The notes under the pieces: model-generated
The model's database searches: none
The model's input: only the letters and a program-made list of their open reading frames with translations
What the model was told of the DNA's origin: nothing
Source: an uncultured Bacillota bacterium
GTDB taxonomy: Bacteria; Bacillota; Dehalobacteriia; UBA7702
DNA: 64,000 nucleotides
Reading direction: 5' to 3'
Assembly (NCBI GenBank): GCA_902796855.1
Contig: CADBQN010000036.1
Span: forward strand, 4,878 to 68,877
Shown: piece after piece, positions 18,711-27,101 of the stretch
How the letters are laid out: every line of letters begins with the position of its first letter
Numbering within the stretch: position 1 is the stretch's first letter
Position numbers and translations under genes: made by a program

Positions 18711-20123
18711 TCAGTGGCTTTCGACGTATTTTTTGAGGTCGGCTTCGACGTCGGCGGGGAGAGACGGTTCCACGTAGTCTTCCAGCATCTGTTTCCACTT
18801 GGCGTTGGCGGCTTTTTCCAGGGGGATCTGGCCGTCGGCCTTCCACTGTTCCGCGTTCTGACGGTTGGTGATGAAGGGCGTGTAGAAGGTCTTGCGGAAG
18901 TTGGCGAAGGTGTGCATGTTGGAGAGGAACTCGCCCTGGGGACCGACTTCTTTGATGACGTCAAAGGCCAGGGTCTCGTCATTGACTTCCACGCCGCGGC
19001 CGATGTGTTTGAAGTAGCCGAGGAGCTCGTTGTCGACGATGAGCTTTTCAAAGGAGGTGCAGTTGTACGTTTCGATGATCCCGGCGGCGTGGAGGATGAA
19101 GTTCCCGCCGGCGAGCTGAGCCATGATCCCGGTGATGGCCGATTCAAAGGCGGCCTGGGTGTCGTACATCTTGGAGTCGGAGAGGGTGCCGGAGATGCGG
19201 ACGGGGATGTTGTAGAATTTCGCCAGCTGGCCGTTGATCAGGGAGAAGATGGCGTCTTCCGGGGAGCCGATGGCGAGGGCACCGGTGGACATTTCGGCGT
19301 TGGAGCCGGAGGCGGAGTAGACGATGGGGCAGCCGGCATTGACGCACTGGGCCAGGACGATCCCGGCGAGGACTTCGGCGTTCTGCAGGGCGACGGTGCC
19401 GGCGAAGGTGGCCGGCGTCGTGGCGCCGGAAATGGACAGGGAGTTGACGAGCTGGGCCTGGTTCGTTTCGGCGTAGGCGATGATGGCGCCGGCCATCTTG
19501 TCGTCGTAGCTCAGCGGCGTCAGGGTGCAGGGGATCGAGGCGATGATGGTCTTTTCTTTCAGCACGTCGAGGCCGCCGTGGGCGATGGCCGCCATTTCGA
19601 TGGACTGTTTCGCGGCGTCGTAGCCGAGAACGCTTCCCATCAGGGGCTTATCGGAATATTTCAGGTTGTTGAAGGTCATCACGTTGTGGCGGACGGAGGC
19701 GTCGACGTCGTTGGGTTCGCAGGAAATGTGGCTGGTGATGTCGATGTTGTCGAGGCTCTGGGTCAGCTTGACGAGGTTGATGAAGTCGTTAAGGGTGCCG
19801 TAGCGGCGGCCGTTGTCCATGTCGAGGACGTAGGGGGAACCGTAAGGCCCGGCGTAGCAGGTCTCTTCGGTGTTGATCTCAACGGTCTTCGCTTCGTTTC
19901 TGCCGTGGAGGGTGAAGGAAGCGGGAACGGTCTTCAAGCGTTCTTCCACCAGCTCCGAGGGGAAGAAAACGGTGTGGCCTTCTACCTTGCAGCCGTGTTT
20001 TTTCAGGATCTCCCGGGCCGGTTCGTAGCTGAAAACGATGCCGACTTCTCTCATGATCTTTAAGGATGTTTCATGGATCTTCCGGAGTTCATCATTGTTT
20101 AAAAGCTGGTATCTGGGTTTCAT
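18711..20123 (-). CDS. MttB-superfamily methyltransferase, non-pyrrolysine type (MtgB/MtcB/MtpB/MtyB-like quaternary amine:corrinoid methyltransferase)
   Basis: 470 aa. N-terminus MKPRYQLLNNDELRKIHETSLKIMREVGIVF... and overall length match the trimethylamine methyltransferase MttB fold. The ORF is continuous with no in-frame TAG. A GGAGG RBS sits 7 nt upstream of this ATG. Confidence 0.9.
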   Translation of the reverse strand: MKPRYQLLNNDELRKIHETSLKIMREVGIVFSYEPAREILKKHGCKVEGHTVFFPSELVEERLKTVPASFTLHGRNEAKTVEINTEETCYAGPYGSPYVLDMDNGRRYGTLNDFINLVKLTQSLDNIDITSHISCEPNDVDASVRHNVMTFNNLKYSDKPLMGSVLGYDAAKQSIEMAAIAHGGLDVLKEKTIIASIPCTLTPLSYDDKMAGAIIAYAETNQAQLVNSLSISGATTPATFAGTVALQNAEVLAGIVLAQCVNAGCPIVYSASGSNAEMSTGALAIGSPEDAIFSLINGQLAKFYNIPVRISGTLSDSKMYDTQAAFESAITGIMAQLAGGNFILHAAGIIETYNCTSFEKLIVDNELLGYFKHIGRGVEVNDETLAFDVIKEVGPQGEFLSNMHTFANFRKTFYTPFITNRQNAEQWKADGQIPLEKAANAKWKQMLEDYVEPSLPADVEADLKKYVESH

Positions 20124-20198
20124 TTCGGTACCTCCGTACATTGGAATTTTTCTTATCGGTTCGGTTCGCCGATTTTTTCGTTGTTGCCTCTTAATAAA

Positions 20199-20213
20199 GC
20201 AAGCGCCGTGCCA
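20199..20213 (-). promoter_or_regulatory. Sigma54 (-24/-12) promoter of the mttB-like operon
   Basis: The minus strand reads TGGCACGGCGCTTGCT, which is TGGCAC-N5-TTGC, ~75 nt upstream of the mttB-like ATG. Confidence 0.75.
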
Positions 20214-20320
20214 AAATGAAATCCTTTTTTGAAAAAAATTCTCTTCACCTCTGAACTGGTGTTTTTTTGCTGATTTATTCCGTTTCTCGGCGGGACGCCC
20301 TTTTCCCGCGGCGCGAAAGG

Positions 20321-20390
20321 CGCAATAAAACGCAAAAAAGCGCCGTCAAACGGAAATCCGTTCTTTGCGCTTTTTTGCGTTTTATTGCGG
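20321..20390. promoter_or_regulatory. Perfect 23-bp inverted repeat with a nested palindrome: candidate enhancer/UAS for the sigma54 activator, and/or terminator of the activator gene
   Basis: cgcaataaaacgcaaaaaagcgc ...(24 nt containing aacgga-aa-tccgtt)... gcgcttttttgcgttttattgcg. It lies 110-190 bp upstream of the -24/-12 element and directly after the regulator stop. Confidence 0.5.
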
Positions 20391-20400
20391 TTCCGAACCG

Positions 20401-21906
20401 CTATTTCAGCTGATATTTTTTCATGCGGTAGGAGAGGGACTGGCGGCTCATTCCCAGGGCGCGGGCGGCTTGGGTAATGTTGCCCCGGTGCTTTTCCAGG
20501 GCGGCGATGATCTCTTCCCGCTCCCTGCCGCGGATCTCTTCCCGGATATCCCGAAAGCCGCCTTCCGCCGGGGCGGCGGCGACCGCGGCGGCTTCCGGCC
20601 TTTTCACGTTCGGCACCGCGTCCGCCGCCTCCGCGTCGGGATGGATGAGTTCCTTTTGCAGGAGCCACTGGCGGTAGCGGTTCTCCGGTACCTCGTCGTC
20701 CTCGAACATATAGACCGGCAGGTTCTCCCGTTCGATGGCGCGGCCGTCCTCGGTGAAGTTCATCGCCGACTCGACGCAGGCTTTGAGCTGACGGACGTTC
20801 CCCGGCCAGGAGAAGGCCCTGAAAATCGCCATCACCTCGGGGCTGACGCCGGGGATGTTCTTTTGAAAGCGGCGGTTGTATTTATCGATGAAAAAGGCCA
20901 CGAGGCCGTCGAGATCCTCCATTCGCTCTCTCAGCGGCGGAATGATGAGGTGAACGACGGCAAGGCGGTAGAAGAGGTCTTCCCGCAGGCGGCCGCCGCG
21001 GATGGCCTCGCCGGGGGCCTCATTGGTGCTGCTGATGACGCGAAGATCGACGGGGGTCTCCCGGTTGCCGCCGAGTTTCATAATTTTACGCTCCTCCAGC
21101 ACCCGCAGCAGCTTTGCCTGGGAGGCCGGGGGCATGGAGTTGATCTCATCGAGAAAAACGGTGCCGCCGTCGGCCTGGGCGAGGATGCCGTCTTTCTCCA
21201 CGGCGCCGGTGTAGACGCCCTTCGTCGTGCCGAAGAGGATCCCCTCGATGAGGGATTCGGGGATCGCCGCGCAGTTCAGGGCCAAAAAGGGCTTGTCGGC
21301 GCGGTCGCCGGCGTTGTGAATGGCCCTGGCGAAGACCTCTTTGCCGGAACCGGTCTTGCCGATGAGCATCACCGAGGAATTGGTGGCCGCGGCCTTTCGG
21401 GCCTGGTCCACACAGCGGCGAAAGGCGGCGCTTTCGCCGATGAGTCCGCCGAAGGGATCGTCGCCGCCGTTTCGGCGCCGTCGGACGCGGGCCTTTTGAA
21501 CGGCCTGCTGGAGGGCGATGTTCTGTTCCACGATATCTTTAAAGGCCGTCAGGTCCCGCTGGATGGTGTAGGCTCCGACGAGGCGGCCGTCGTCGTAGAT
21601 GGGGCCGGAGTTGCAGAGCTGGATGATCTCTTTGCCGTTGACGTAATAGGTGAACTCCTCGTTGAAAACGGGGTGTTCCGTGGTGAGGGCCCGCAGCATC
21701 GGGCTGGTCTTTTCGTCGAGGCCGTAGAGATCGTAGGTGCTGCGCCCCTTCACCTCTTTCAGCTGATAGCCGTCGAGGTATTCCGCGGCCTTGTTGAAGT
21801 AGATCAGCCGGCGGTCGGCGTCGCAGACGTAGACCGCTTCGGGCATGCGGTCGAAGAAATCGAGGTAAAGGCTCCTCGAATCGAACAATTCTTTAAACAG
21901 ATCCAT
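20401..21906 (-). CDS. Sigma54-dependent transcriptional activator (bacterial enhancer-binding protein) with an N-terminal PAS sensor, an AAA+ domain and a C-terminal Fis-type HTH
   Basis: PAS region (FDRMPEAVYVCDADRRLIYFNKAAEYLDGYQLKEVKGRSTYDLY). AAA+ Walker A LIGKTGSGKEVFARAIHNAG. A GAFTGA-region equivalent. C-terminal HTH GNITQAARALGMSRQSLSYRMKKYQL. Confidence 0.9.
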   Translation of the reverse strand: MDLFKELFDSRSLYLDFFDRMPEAVYVCDADRRLIYFNKAAEYLDGYQLKEVKGRSTYDLYGLDEKTSPMLRALTTEHPVFNEEFTYYVNGKEIIQLCNSGPIYDDGRLVGAYTIQRDLTAFKDIVEQNIALQQAVQKARVRRRRNGGDDPFGGLIGESAAFRRCVDQARKAAATNSSVMLIGKTGSGKEVFARAIHNAGDRADKPFLALNCAAIPESLIEGILFGTTKGVYTGAVEKDGILAQADGGTVFLDEINSMPPASQAKLLRVLEERKIMKLGGNRETPVDLRVISSTNEAPGEAIRGGRLREDLFYRLAVVHLIIPPLRERMEDLDGLVAFFIDKYNRRFQKNIPGVSPEVMAIFRAFSWPGNVRQLKACVESAMNFTEDGRAIERENLPVYMFEDDEVPENRYRQWLLQKELIHPDAEAADAVPNVKRPEAAAVAAAPAEGGFRDIREEIRGREREEIIAALEKHRGNITQAARALGMSRQSLSYRMKKYQLK

Positions 21907-22113
21907 GGCGCGGCCCCCTTTCTCTTCTTTTAGCATAGCAGAAAAGAGGCGGAAAAGCAAATGCGGATTTCCCGCCGCGGGATGATAATTTGTTGTGCAA
22001 AGATGCGGTAAAAATATGAAATTTTCTGTTTGAAGAAGATTTTATGTTGCATTTTTTCAAAAAGTGCGGTATGATAATTTATTATCGCAACGAAACCAAA
22101 GGAGTTATCCGCC

Positions 22114-23532
22114 ATGTACGATATCGTCATCGTCGGCGCCGGTCCCGCCGGTATTTTTACCGCCATTGAGCTGCTGCGCCGCGACAGTGACAAACGAATA
22201 TTGATCGTGGAAAAAGGCGTTCCGGTGGAAAAACGGGTCTGCCCCAAGGCGAAGAAAAAGGTCTGCATGAACTGCGACCCCTGCGCCATCACCACGGGCT
22301 TTTCCGGCGCCGGCGCGTTCTCCGACGGGAAACTCTCTTTAAGCTACGAAGTCGGCGGCGACCTGCCGGAGCTCATCGGCGAGACCACGGCTCAGGAGCT
22401 CATCGACTACACCGACAGCATCTACCTTGAGTTCGGCGCCGACGAACGCGTCGAAGGGCTGAACGGCGGCGACAAGGTCAAGGATATCCGCAAGCGCGCC
22501 ATCCAGGCCGGGCTGAAGCTCGTCGACTGCCCCATCCGCCACCTCGGCACCGAGCAGGCGCAGAAGCTCTACTACGACATTGAGCAGTACCTCCTCGGCA
22601 GCGGTGTGGAAATCCTCTTCGGCTATCAGTACACCGACATTCTTCTCACCGACGCCTGCTGCAAAGGCGTCGTCATCGAAAAGACCCACGGCGGCGACAG
22701 AAGGGAAATCCCCGCGGAAACGGTGATCATCGCCACGGGCCGCCGCGGCGCCGACGAACTGGAAAAGATGTGCGCCCGCTACGACATCGCCCACCGTCCC
22801 GGCACCGTCGATATCGGCGTTCGGGTCGAGGTCCGCAATGAGGTCATGGAAGAAGTCAACGAGGTGCTGTACGAGTCGAAGCTCATCGGCTACCCCAATC
22901 CCTTCCGCAACAAGGTCCGCACCTTCTGCCAGAACCCCGGCGGCTTTGTCAGCCAGGAAAACTATGACAACGATCTGGCCGTCGTCAACGGTCATTCCTA
23001 TAAAAAACTGAAATCCGACAATACCAATTTAGCGATACTTTGTTCCCATAATTTCACCTCTCCGTTCAATCAGCCCATCGCTTACGCCCAAAAAGTCGGT
23101 GAGCTCACCAACATGCTGGGCGACGGACGAATTATGGTGCAGCGTTACGGAGATATCCTCGACGGGAAACGCACCTGGGAAAAGGAATTGACGCGGTCCA
23201 ACGTCCGCCCGACGCTGGCCGACGCCGTGGCCGGCGATATCACCGCCGCCATGCCCTACCGCGCGATGATCAACATCATCAATTTCATCCAGGCTGTGGA
23301 CCACGTGGTTCCCGGCTTTGCCGGCACGGAAACGCTGCTTTACTCCCCTGAACTGAAATTTTACAGCAACAAGGTGCGGATGGACCGTTCATTGCGCACC
23401 AACGTGAAGAATCTGTACTGCCTCGGTGACTCCAGCGGCTGGACCCGGGGGCTGATGATGTCGTCGGTGATGGGCGTCTATATGGCGCGCGTCCTGTTAA
23501 ACGGCGCTTCTTCCGAAGCCGAAGACGTCTGA
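22114..23532 (+). CDS. FAD-dependent oxidoreductase (uncharacterised COG2509-like 'NAD(FAD)-utilising dehydrogenase')
   Basis: N-terminal dinucleotide-binding fold MYDIVIVGAGPAGIFTAIEL; 472 aa. Confidence 0.75.
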   Translation: MYDIVIVGAGPAGIFTAIELLRRDSDKRILIVEKGVPVEKRVCPKAKKKVCMNCDPCAITTGFSGAGAFSDGKLSLSYEVGGDLPELIGETTAQELIDYTDSIYLEFGADERVEGLNGGDKVKDIRKRAIQAGLKLVDCPIRHLGTEQAQKLYYDIEQYLLGSGVEILFGYQYTDILLTDACCKGVVIEKTHGGDRREIPAETVIIATGRRGADELEKMCARYDIAHRPGTVDIGVRVEVRNEVMEEVNEVLYESKLIGYPNPFRNKVRTFCQNPGGFVSQENYDNDLAVVNGHSYKKLKSDNTNLAILCSHNFTSPFNQPIAYAQKVGELTNMLGDGRIMVQRYGDILDGKRTWEKELTRSNVRPTLADAVAGDITAAMPYRAMINIINFIQAVDHVVPGFAGTETLLYSPELKFYSNKVRMDRSLRTNVKNLYCLGDSSGWTRGLMMSSVMGVYMARVLLNGASSEAEDV

Positions 23533-23666
23533 CCTCTCCGCGCCGCGGCGAAGTCACGGCTCCCTGTGGGCGGACATCGCGGTCTTTCCGCGGGTTCCCG
23601 CGCCGTACGGTTCTTCCCCCAAAAAAAACGCCCGCAAAGGCATGAAATGACAGGAGAATAACCATA

Positions 23667-25940
23667 ATGATGTCCCCCAATCCAACCACCGATAATAAAC
23701 TCTCAGAGGTCGCCGGCCGCATCCGTGAAATGCGTGAGATCTCCGATTTCACCGTTGAGGAAATGGCGGCCCAGACCGATACCACCCCCGAAGAATACCT
23801 CGCCTATGAAAACGGCGACGTCGATCTGCCCTTTACCTTTATCCACAAGTGCGCCCTCGCCTTCGGCCTGGAACTGACCAACCTTTTGGAAGGCAGCAGC
23901 CCCAAACTGAAGACCTACGCCGTGACCAGGAACGGCCAGGGGCAGACCACCGTCGACGAGAACGGCATCCGCATCTTAAGCATGGTGCCGCGCTTTCAGA
24001 AAAAGATCGCCGATCCCTACTGGGTGCGGTACGAGTACAAAAAGGAAGAACAGGATCGCCCGATCCATCTCTCCACCCATAAAGGCCAGGAATTTGACTA
24101 CATCATCAAAGGCCACCTCAAAGTCCAGGTAGGGGATCACACCGAGATCCTCGGCCCCGGCGACAGCATCTACTACCACTCCCATCTGCCCCACGGCATG
24201 ATCGCCGTTGACGGTGAGGACTGCGATTTCCTCGCCATCATCCTCCCCGGCGAAGAAGTGGACGAGGTGAAATCCACCAAGATCATGACCGAGGCCCGCC
24301 AGGCGGAGCCCTGGATCGTCGACCGCTTCATCCGCTGCGAAGAGGACGAGCTCGGCCGCCTGAGGGCCATCGATTTCGAGCACGAGGAAGAATTCAACTT
24401 CGCTTACGACGTCGTCGACGCCCTCGCCGACAAATACCCGGAAAAACTGGCGATGCTCCACATCGACAAGGACCACAACGAACGCCGCTTCAGCTTTAAA
24501 GATATGAAGCACATGTCCAACCGCACCGCCAACTATTTCACGTCCCTCGGCATCCGCAAAGGCGACCGGGTGATGCTGATCTTAAAACGTCACTATCAGT
24601 TCTGGCTTTCCATGCTGGCCCTGCATAAAATCGGCGCCATCCCGATCCCCGCGACGAACCAGCTGAAAGAGCACGATATCGAATACCGTCTCAACGCGGC
24701 GGGGATCTCCGCCGTGATCTGCACCGCCGACGGCGTCGTCGCCGACGAGGCCGATAAGGCCATCAGCAAATGTCCCCAGGTGACGACGAAAGTCATCGTC
24801 AGGGGCGACCGCGCCGGCTGGCATTCCTTTGACAGCGAATATTCCCGCTTCACCGGGAAATTCCCCCGCACCGAGGATTCCCCCTGCGGCAGCGACCCGA
24901 TGTTCATGCTCTTCACCAGCGGCACCACGGGTTACCCGAAAATCGCCTGCCACAGCTATAAATACGCCCTCGGCCACTATGTCACGGCGAAATACTGGCA
25001 GGATATCCAGAGAGACGGCCTCCACCTCACCATCTCCGAAACGGGCTGGGGCAAAGCCCTCTGGGGCAAGCTCTACGGCCAGTGGATGGGCGAAGGCGCC
25101 GTTTTCGTCTACGACTTCGACCGCTTCGACGCCAACGACATCCTGCCGATGTTCAAACAGTATAACATCACCAGTTTCTGCGCGCCGCCGACGATGCTCC
25201 GCATGATGGTGAAGGAAGACCTCTCCCGGTTCGACCTCAGCTCCATCAAGCACATGACCACCGCCGGGGAAGCGCTGAACCCGGAAGTCTTCCGCCAGTT
25301 CAAAAAGGCCACCGGCCTCACGATCATGGAAGGCTTTGGCCAGACCGAAACGACGCTGACCATCGCCAACCTGCGCGGGGAAGATATCCGCATCGGCTCC
25401 ATGGGCCGTCCCAATCCCCTCTATGATGTCGATATCGTCGACAGCGAAGGGAATTCCGTTCCCGTCGGGGAAAACGGCGAGATCGTCGTCCGCACCGACA
25501 AACGGGTCCCCTGCGGCCTCTTTGACGGTTACTTCAAAGATCCGGAGCGGACCGAAGCCGTCTGGTACGACGATATGTACCACACCGGCGACGTGGCCTG
25601 GCGGGATGAGGATAACTTCTTCTGGTACGTCGGCCGCGTGGACGACGTCATCAAGTCCTCCGGCTACCGCATCGGCCCCTTTGAGATCGAGAGCGTCATC
25701 ATGGAACTGCCCTACGTGCTGGAATGCGGCGTGTCCCCCGCTCCCGACGAGATCCGCGGTCAGGTCGTCAAGGCCTCCATCGTGCTGACCAAGGGCACCG
25801 TTCCCAGCGAGGAACTGAAAAAGGAAATTCAGGAATACGTCAAAAAGCACACCGCGCCCTATAAATACCCCCGCATCGTCGTCTTCCGTGATGAACTGCC
25901 CAAGTCCATCAGCGGCAAGATCCAGCGCAACCAGCTTTAA
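23667..25940 (+). CDS. In-frame fusion of an HTH(XRE)-cupin regulator (aa ~1-195) with an AMP-forming acyl-CoA synthetase (ACSM/medium-chain-like, aa ~200-757)
   Basis: HTH region: LSEVAGRIREMREISDFTVEEMAAQTDTTPEEYLAYENGD. Cupin region: HKGQEFDYIIKGHLKVQVGDHTEILGPGDSIYYHSHLPHGM. Synthetase motifs: FNFAYDVVDALADKYPEKLAMLHID, AMP-binding MFMLFTSGTTGYPKIACHSY and C-terminal SISGKIQRNQL. No stop codon separates the two parts. A GGAGAATAA RBS precedes the start. Confidence 0.8.
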   Translation: MMSPNPTTDNKLSEVAGRIREMREISDFTVEEMAAQTDTTPEEYLAYENGDVDLPFTFIHKCALAFGLELTNLLEGSSPKLKTYAVTRNGQGQTTVDENGIRILSMVPRFQKKIADPYWVRYEYKKEEQDRPIHLSTHKGQEFDYIIKGHLKVQVGDHTEILGPGDSIYYHSHLPHGMIAVDGEDCDFLAIILPGEEVDEVKSTKIMTEARQAEPWIVDRFIRCEEDELGRLRAIDFEHEEEFNFAYDVVDALADKYPEKLAMLHIDKDHNERRFSFKDMKHMSNRTANYFTSLGIRKGDRVMLILKRHYQFWLSMLALHKIGAIPIPATNQLKEHDIEYRLNAAGISAVICTADGVVADEADKAISKCPQVTTKVIVRGDRAGWHSFDSEYSRFTGKFPRTEDSPCGSDPMFMLFTSGTTGYPKIACHSYKYALGHYVTAKYWQDIQRDGLHLTISETGWGKALWGKLYGQWMGEGAVFVYDFDRFDANDILPMFKQYNITSFCAPPTMLRMMVKEDLSRFDLSSIKHMTTAGEALNPEVFRQFKKATGLTIMEGFGQTETTLTIANLRGEDIRIGSMGRPNPLYDVDIVDSEGNSVPVGENGEIVVRTDKRVPCGLFDGYFKDPERTEAVWYDDMYHTGDVAWRDEDNFFWYVGRVDDVIKSSGYRIGPFEIESVIMELPYVLECGVSPAPDEIRGQVVKASIVLTKGTVPSEELKKEIQEYVKKHTAPYKYPRIVVFRDELPKSISGKIQRNQL

Positions 25941-26053
25941 GAGCCGGGCCTTCGGCGCGCAAACCACATAAAGAAAAAAGGTTTCCCCTGACAATCGAAA
26001 AAAAGAAGCAAGCAGAGGCGCGGCGACGTGACCGTCGCCGCCCTCCCCGAAAC

Positions 26054-26088
26054 TCGTCTCAGGGAACGCCGTCCCGAGACGGGTTTTT
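26054..26088 (+). terminator. Weak hairpin/U-tract after the acyl-CoA synthetase gene
   Basis: cgtctc...gagacg stem followed by ggttttt. Confidence 0.35.
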
Positions 26089-26107
26089 GCGTAGAAAAAG
26101 GAGAAGG

Positions 26108-26779
26108 ATGATGATGAGAAAGAAACGGGTGACGCTCTTGGCCGGTCACTACGGCAGCGGCAAGACGAACATCGCCGTGAATCTCGCTTTCGCCCGCCGT
26201 GCCGACGGCGGCGACGTGGCCGTGGCCGACCTGGATATCGTCAATCCCTACTACCGGGCGAAAGACAGCGAAGCGGAACTGGCCGCCGCCGGGATCTCGC
26301 TGATCAGCTCCCCTTTCGCCAACTCCAACGTCGATCTGCCGTCGCTCCCGCAGGAGCTCTACCGCATCATCGACGACCAAAAGACTCAGATGTTCGTGGA
26401 CATCGGCGGCGACGACCGCGGCGCTTACGCCCTGGGGCGCTTCGCCGAAGCCCTGAAAAAAGAGGATGATTACGAAATGATTCTCGTCATCAACGGCTAC
26501 CGTCCGCTGACCGGCGACGAAAAGGATACCGTCACCATCATGCGGGAGATCGAGGAAGCCGGTCACCTGAACTTCACCGCGGTCATCAACAATTCCAATC
26601 TCGGCGCTGAGACCACCGCCGAGGATGTTTTGGCTTCCGTGTCCTACGCGGAAAAGACCGCCGCCGCCGCGGGGCTGCCCCTGCTGATGACGACGGTCCG
26701 GGAGGATCTCGTCCCGGCGCTGACCGGGAAGATCGAACCGCTTTTCGGCCTGAAGCTCCAGCGCAGCCGTATTTGGTGA
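26108..26779 (+). CDS. P-loop NTPase of unassigned family (Walker A GHYGSGKT), encoded immediately upstream of the 2-oxoacid:ferredoxin oxidoreductase genes
   Basis: VTLLAGHYGSGKTNIAVNLAF (Walker A) and a hydrophobic-Asp Walker B candidate (MILVINGYRP / MFVDIGGDD). No NKxD motif is present, so it is likely an ATPase. An AAAGGAGAAGG RBS precedes it. Confidence 0.5.
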   Translation: MMMRKKRVTLLAGHYGSGKTNIAVNLAFARRADGGDVAVADLDIVNPYYRAKDSEAELAAAGISLISSPFANSNVDLPSLPQELYRIIDDQKTQMFVDIGGDDRGAYALGRFAEALKKEDDYEMILVINGYRPLTGDEKDTVTIMREIEEAGHLNFTAVINNSNLGAETTAEDVLASVSYAEKTAAAAGLPLLMTTVREDLVPALTGKIEPLFGLKLQRSRIW

Positions 26780-26883
26780 AGCCGCTTTGAACAGGAACGT
26801 TATTATTTCACTGTTTCAGCATACAGAACGCCCCGGCCGTCCCATGCCTTTTTCGACGGCGAGCGGGGAAGGGAGGTTTTTGA

Positions 26884-27090
26884 ATGGCAAAAGTCACATT
26901 TAACACGGACATCTGCAAGGGGTGCGGCCTCTGTGTCGCCGCCTGCAAAAAGGAGCTCCTGCAGCTGTCGAAAGAGAAAATCAACGCCAAAGGGCATCAT
27001 CCCGCGGAAATCATCGACGAGGAAGCCTGCGTGGCCTGTACCAACTGCGCCACCATGTGCCCTGACTGTGTGATTACCGTGGAAAAGTGA
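26884..27090 (+). CDS. 2-oxoacid:ferredoxin oxidoreductase delta subunit (2x[4Fe-4S] ferredoxin)
   Basis: CKGCGLCVAACKKE ... CVACTNCATMCPDC provide two Cys clusters. The 68-aa protein directly precedes the alpha/beta/gamma subunits. Confidence 0.85.
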   Translation: MAKVTFNTDICKGCGLCVAACKKELLQLSKEKINAKGHHPAEIIDEEACVACTNCATMCPDCVITVEK

Positions 27091-27101
27091 GGTGAACCGC
27101 T

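Noticed and set aside
18711-20141. Possible pyrrolysine (in-frame UAG) decoding in the MttB homologue.
   Set aside because: The ORF is uninterrupted for its full ~470 codons with no in-frame TAG, which matches the non-Pyl MtgB-type branch. No pylTSBCD genes are in the window.
26087-26107. The poly-Arg N-terminal extension (MRRKRRR) on the P-loop protein.
   Set aside because: The AAAGGAGAAGG RBS is positioned for the ATG at 26108. The extension overlaps the upstream terminator hairpin.
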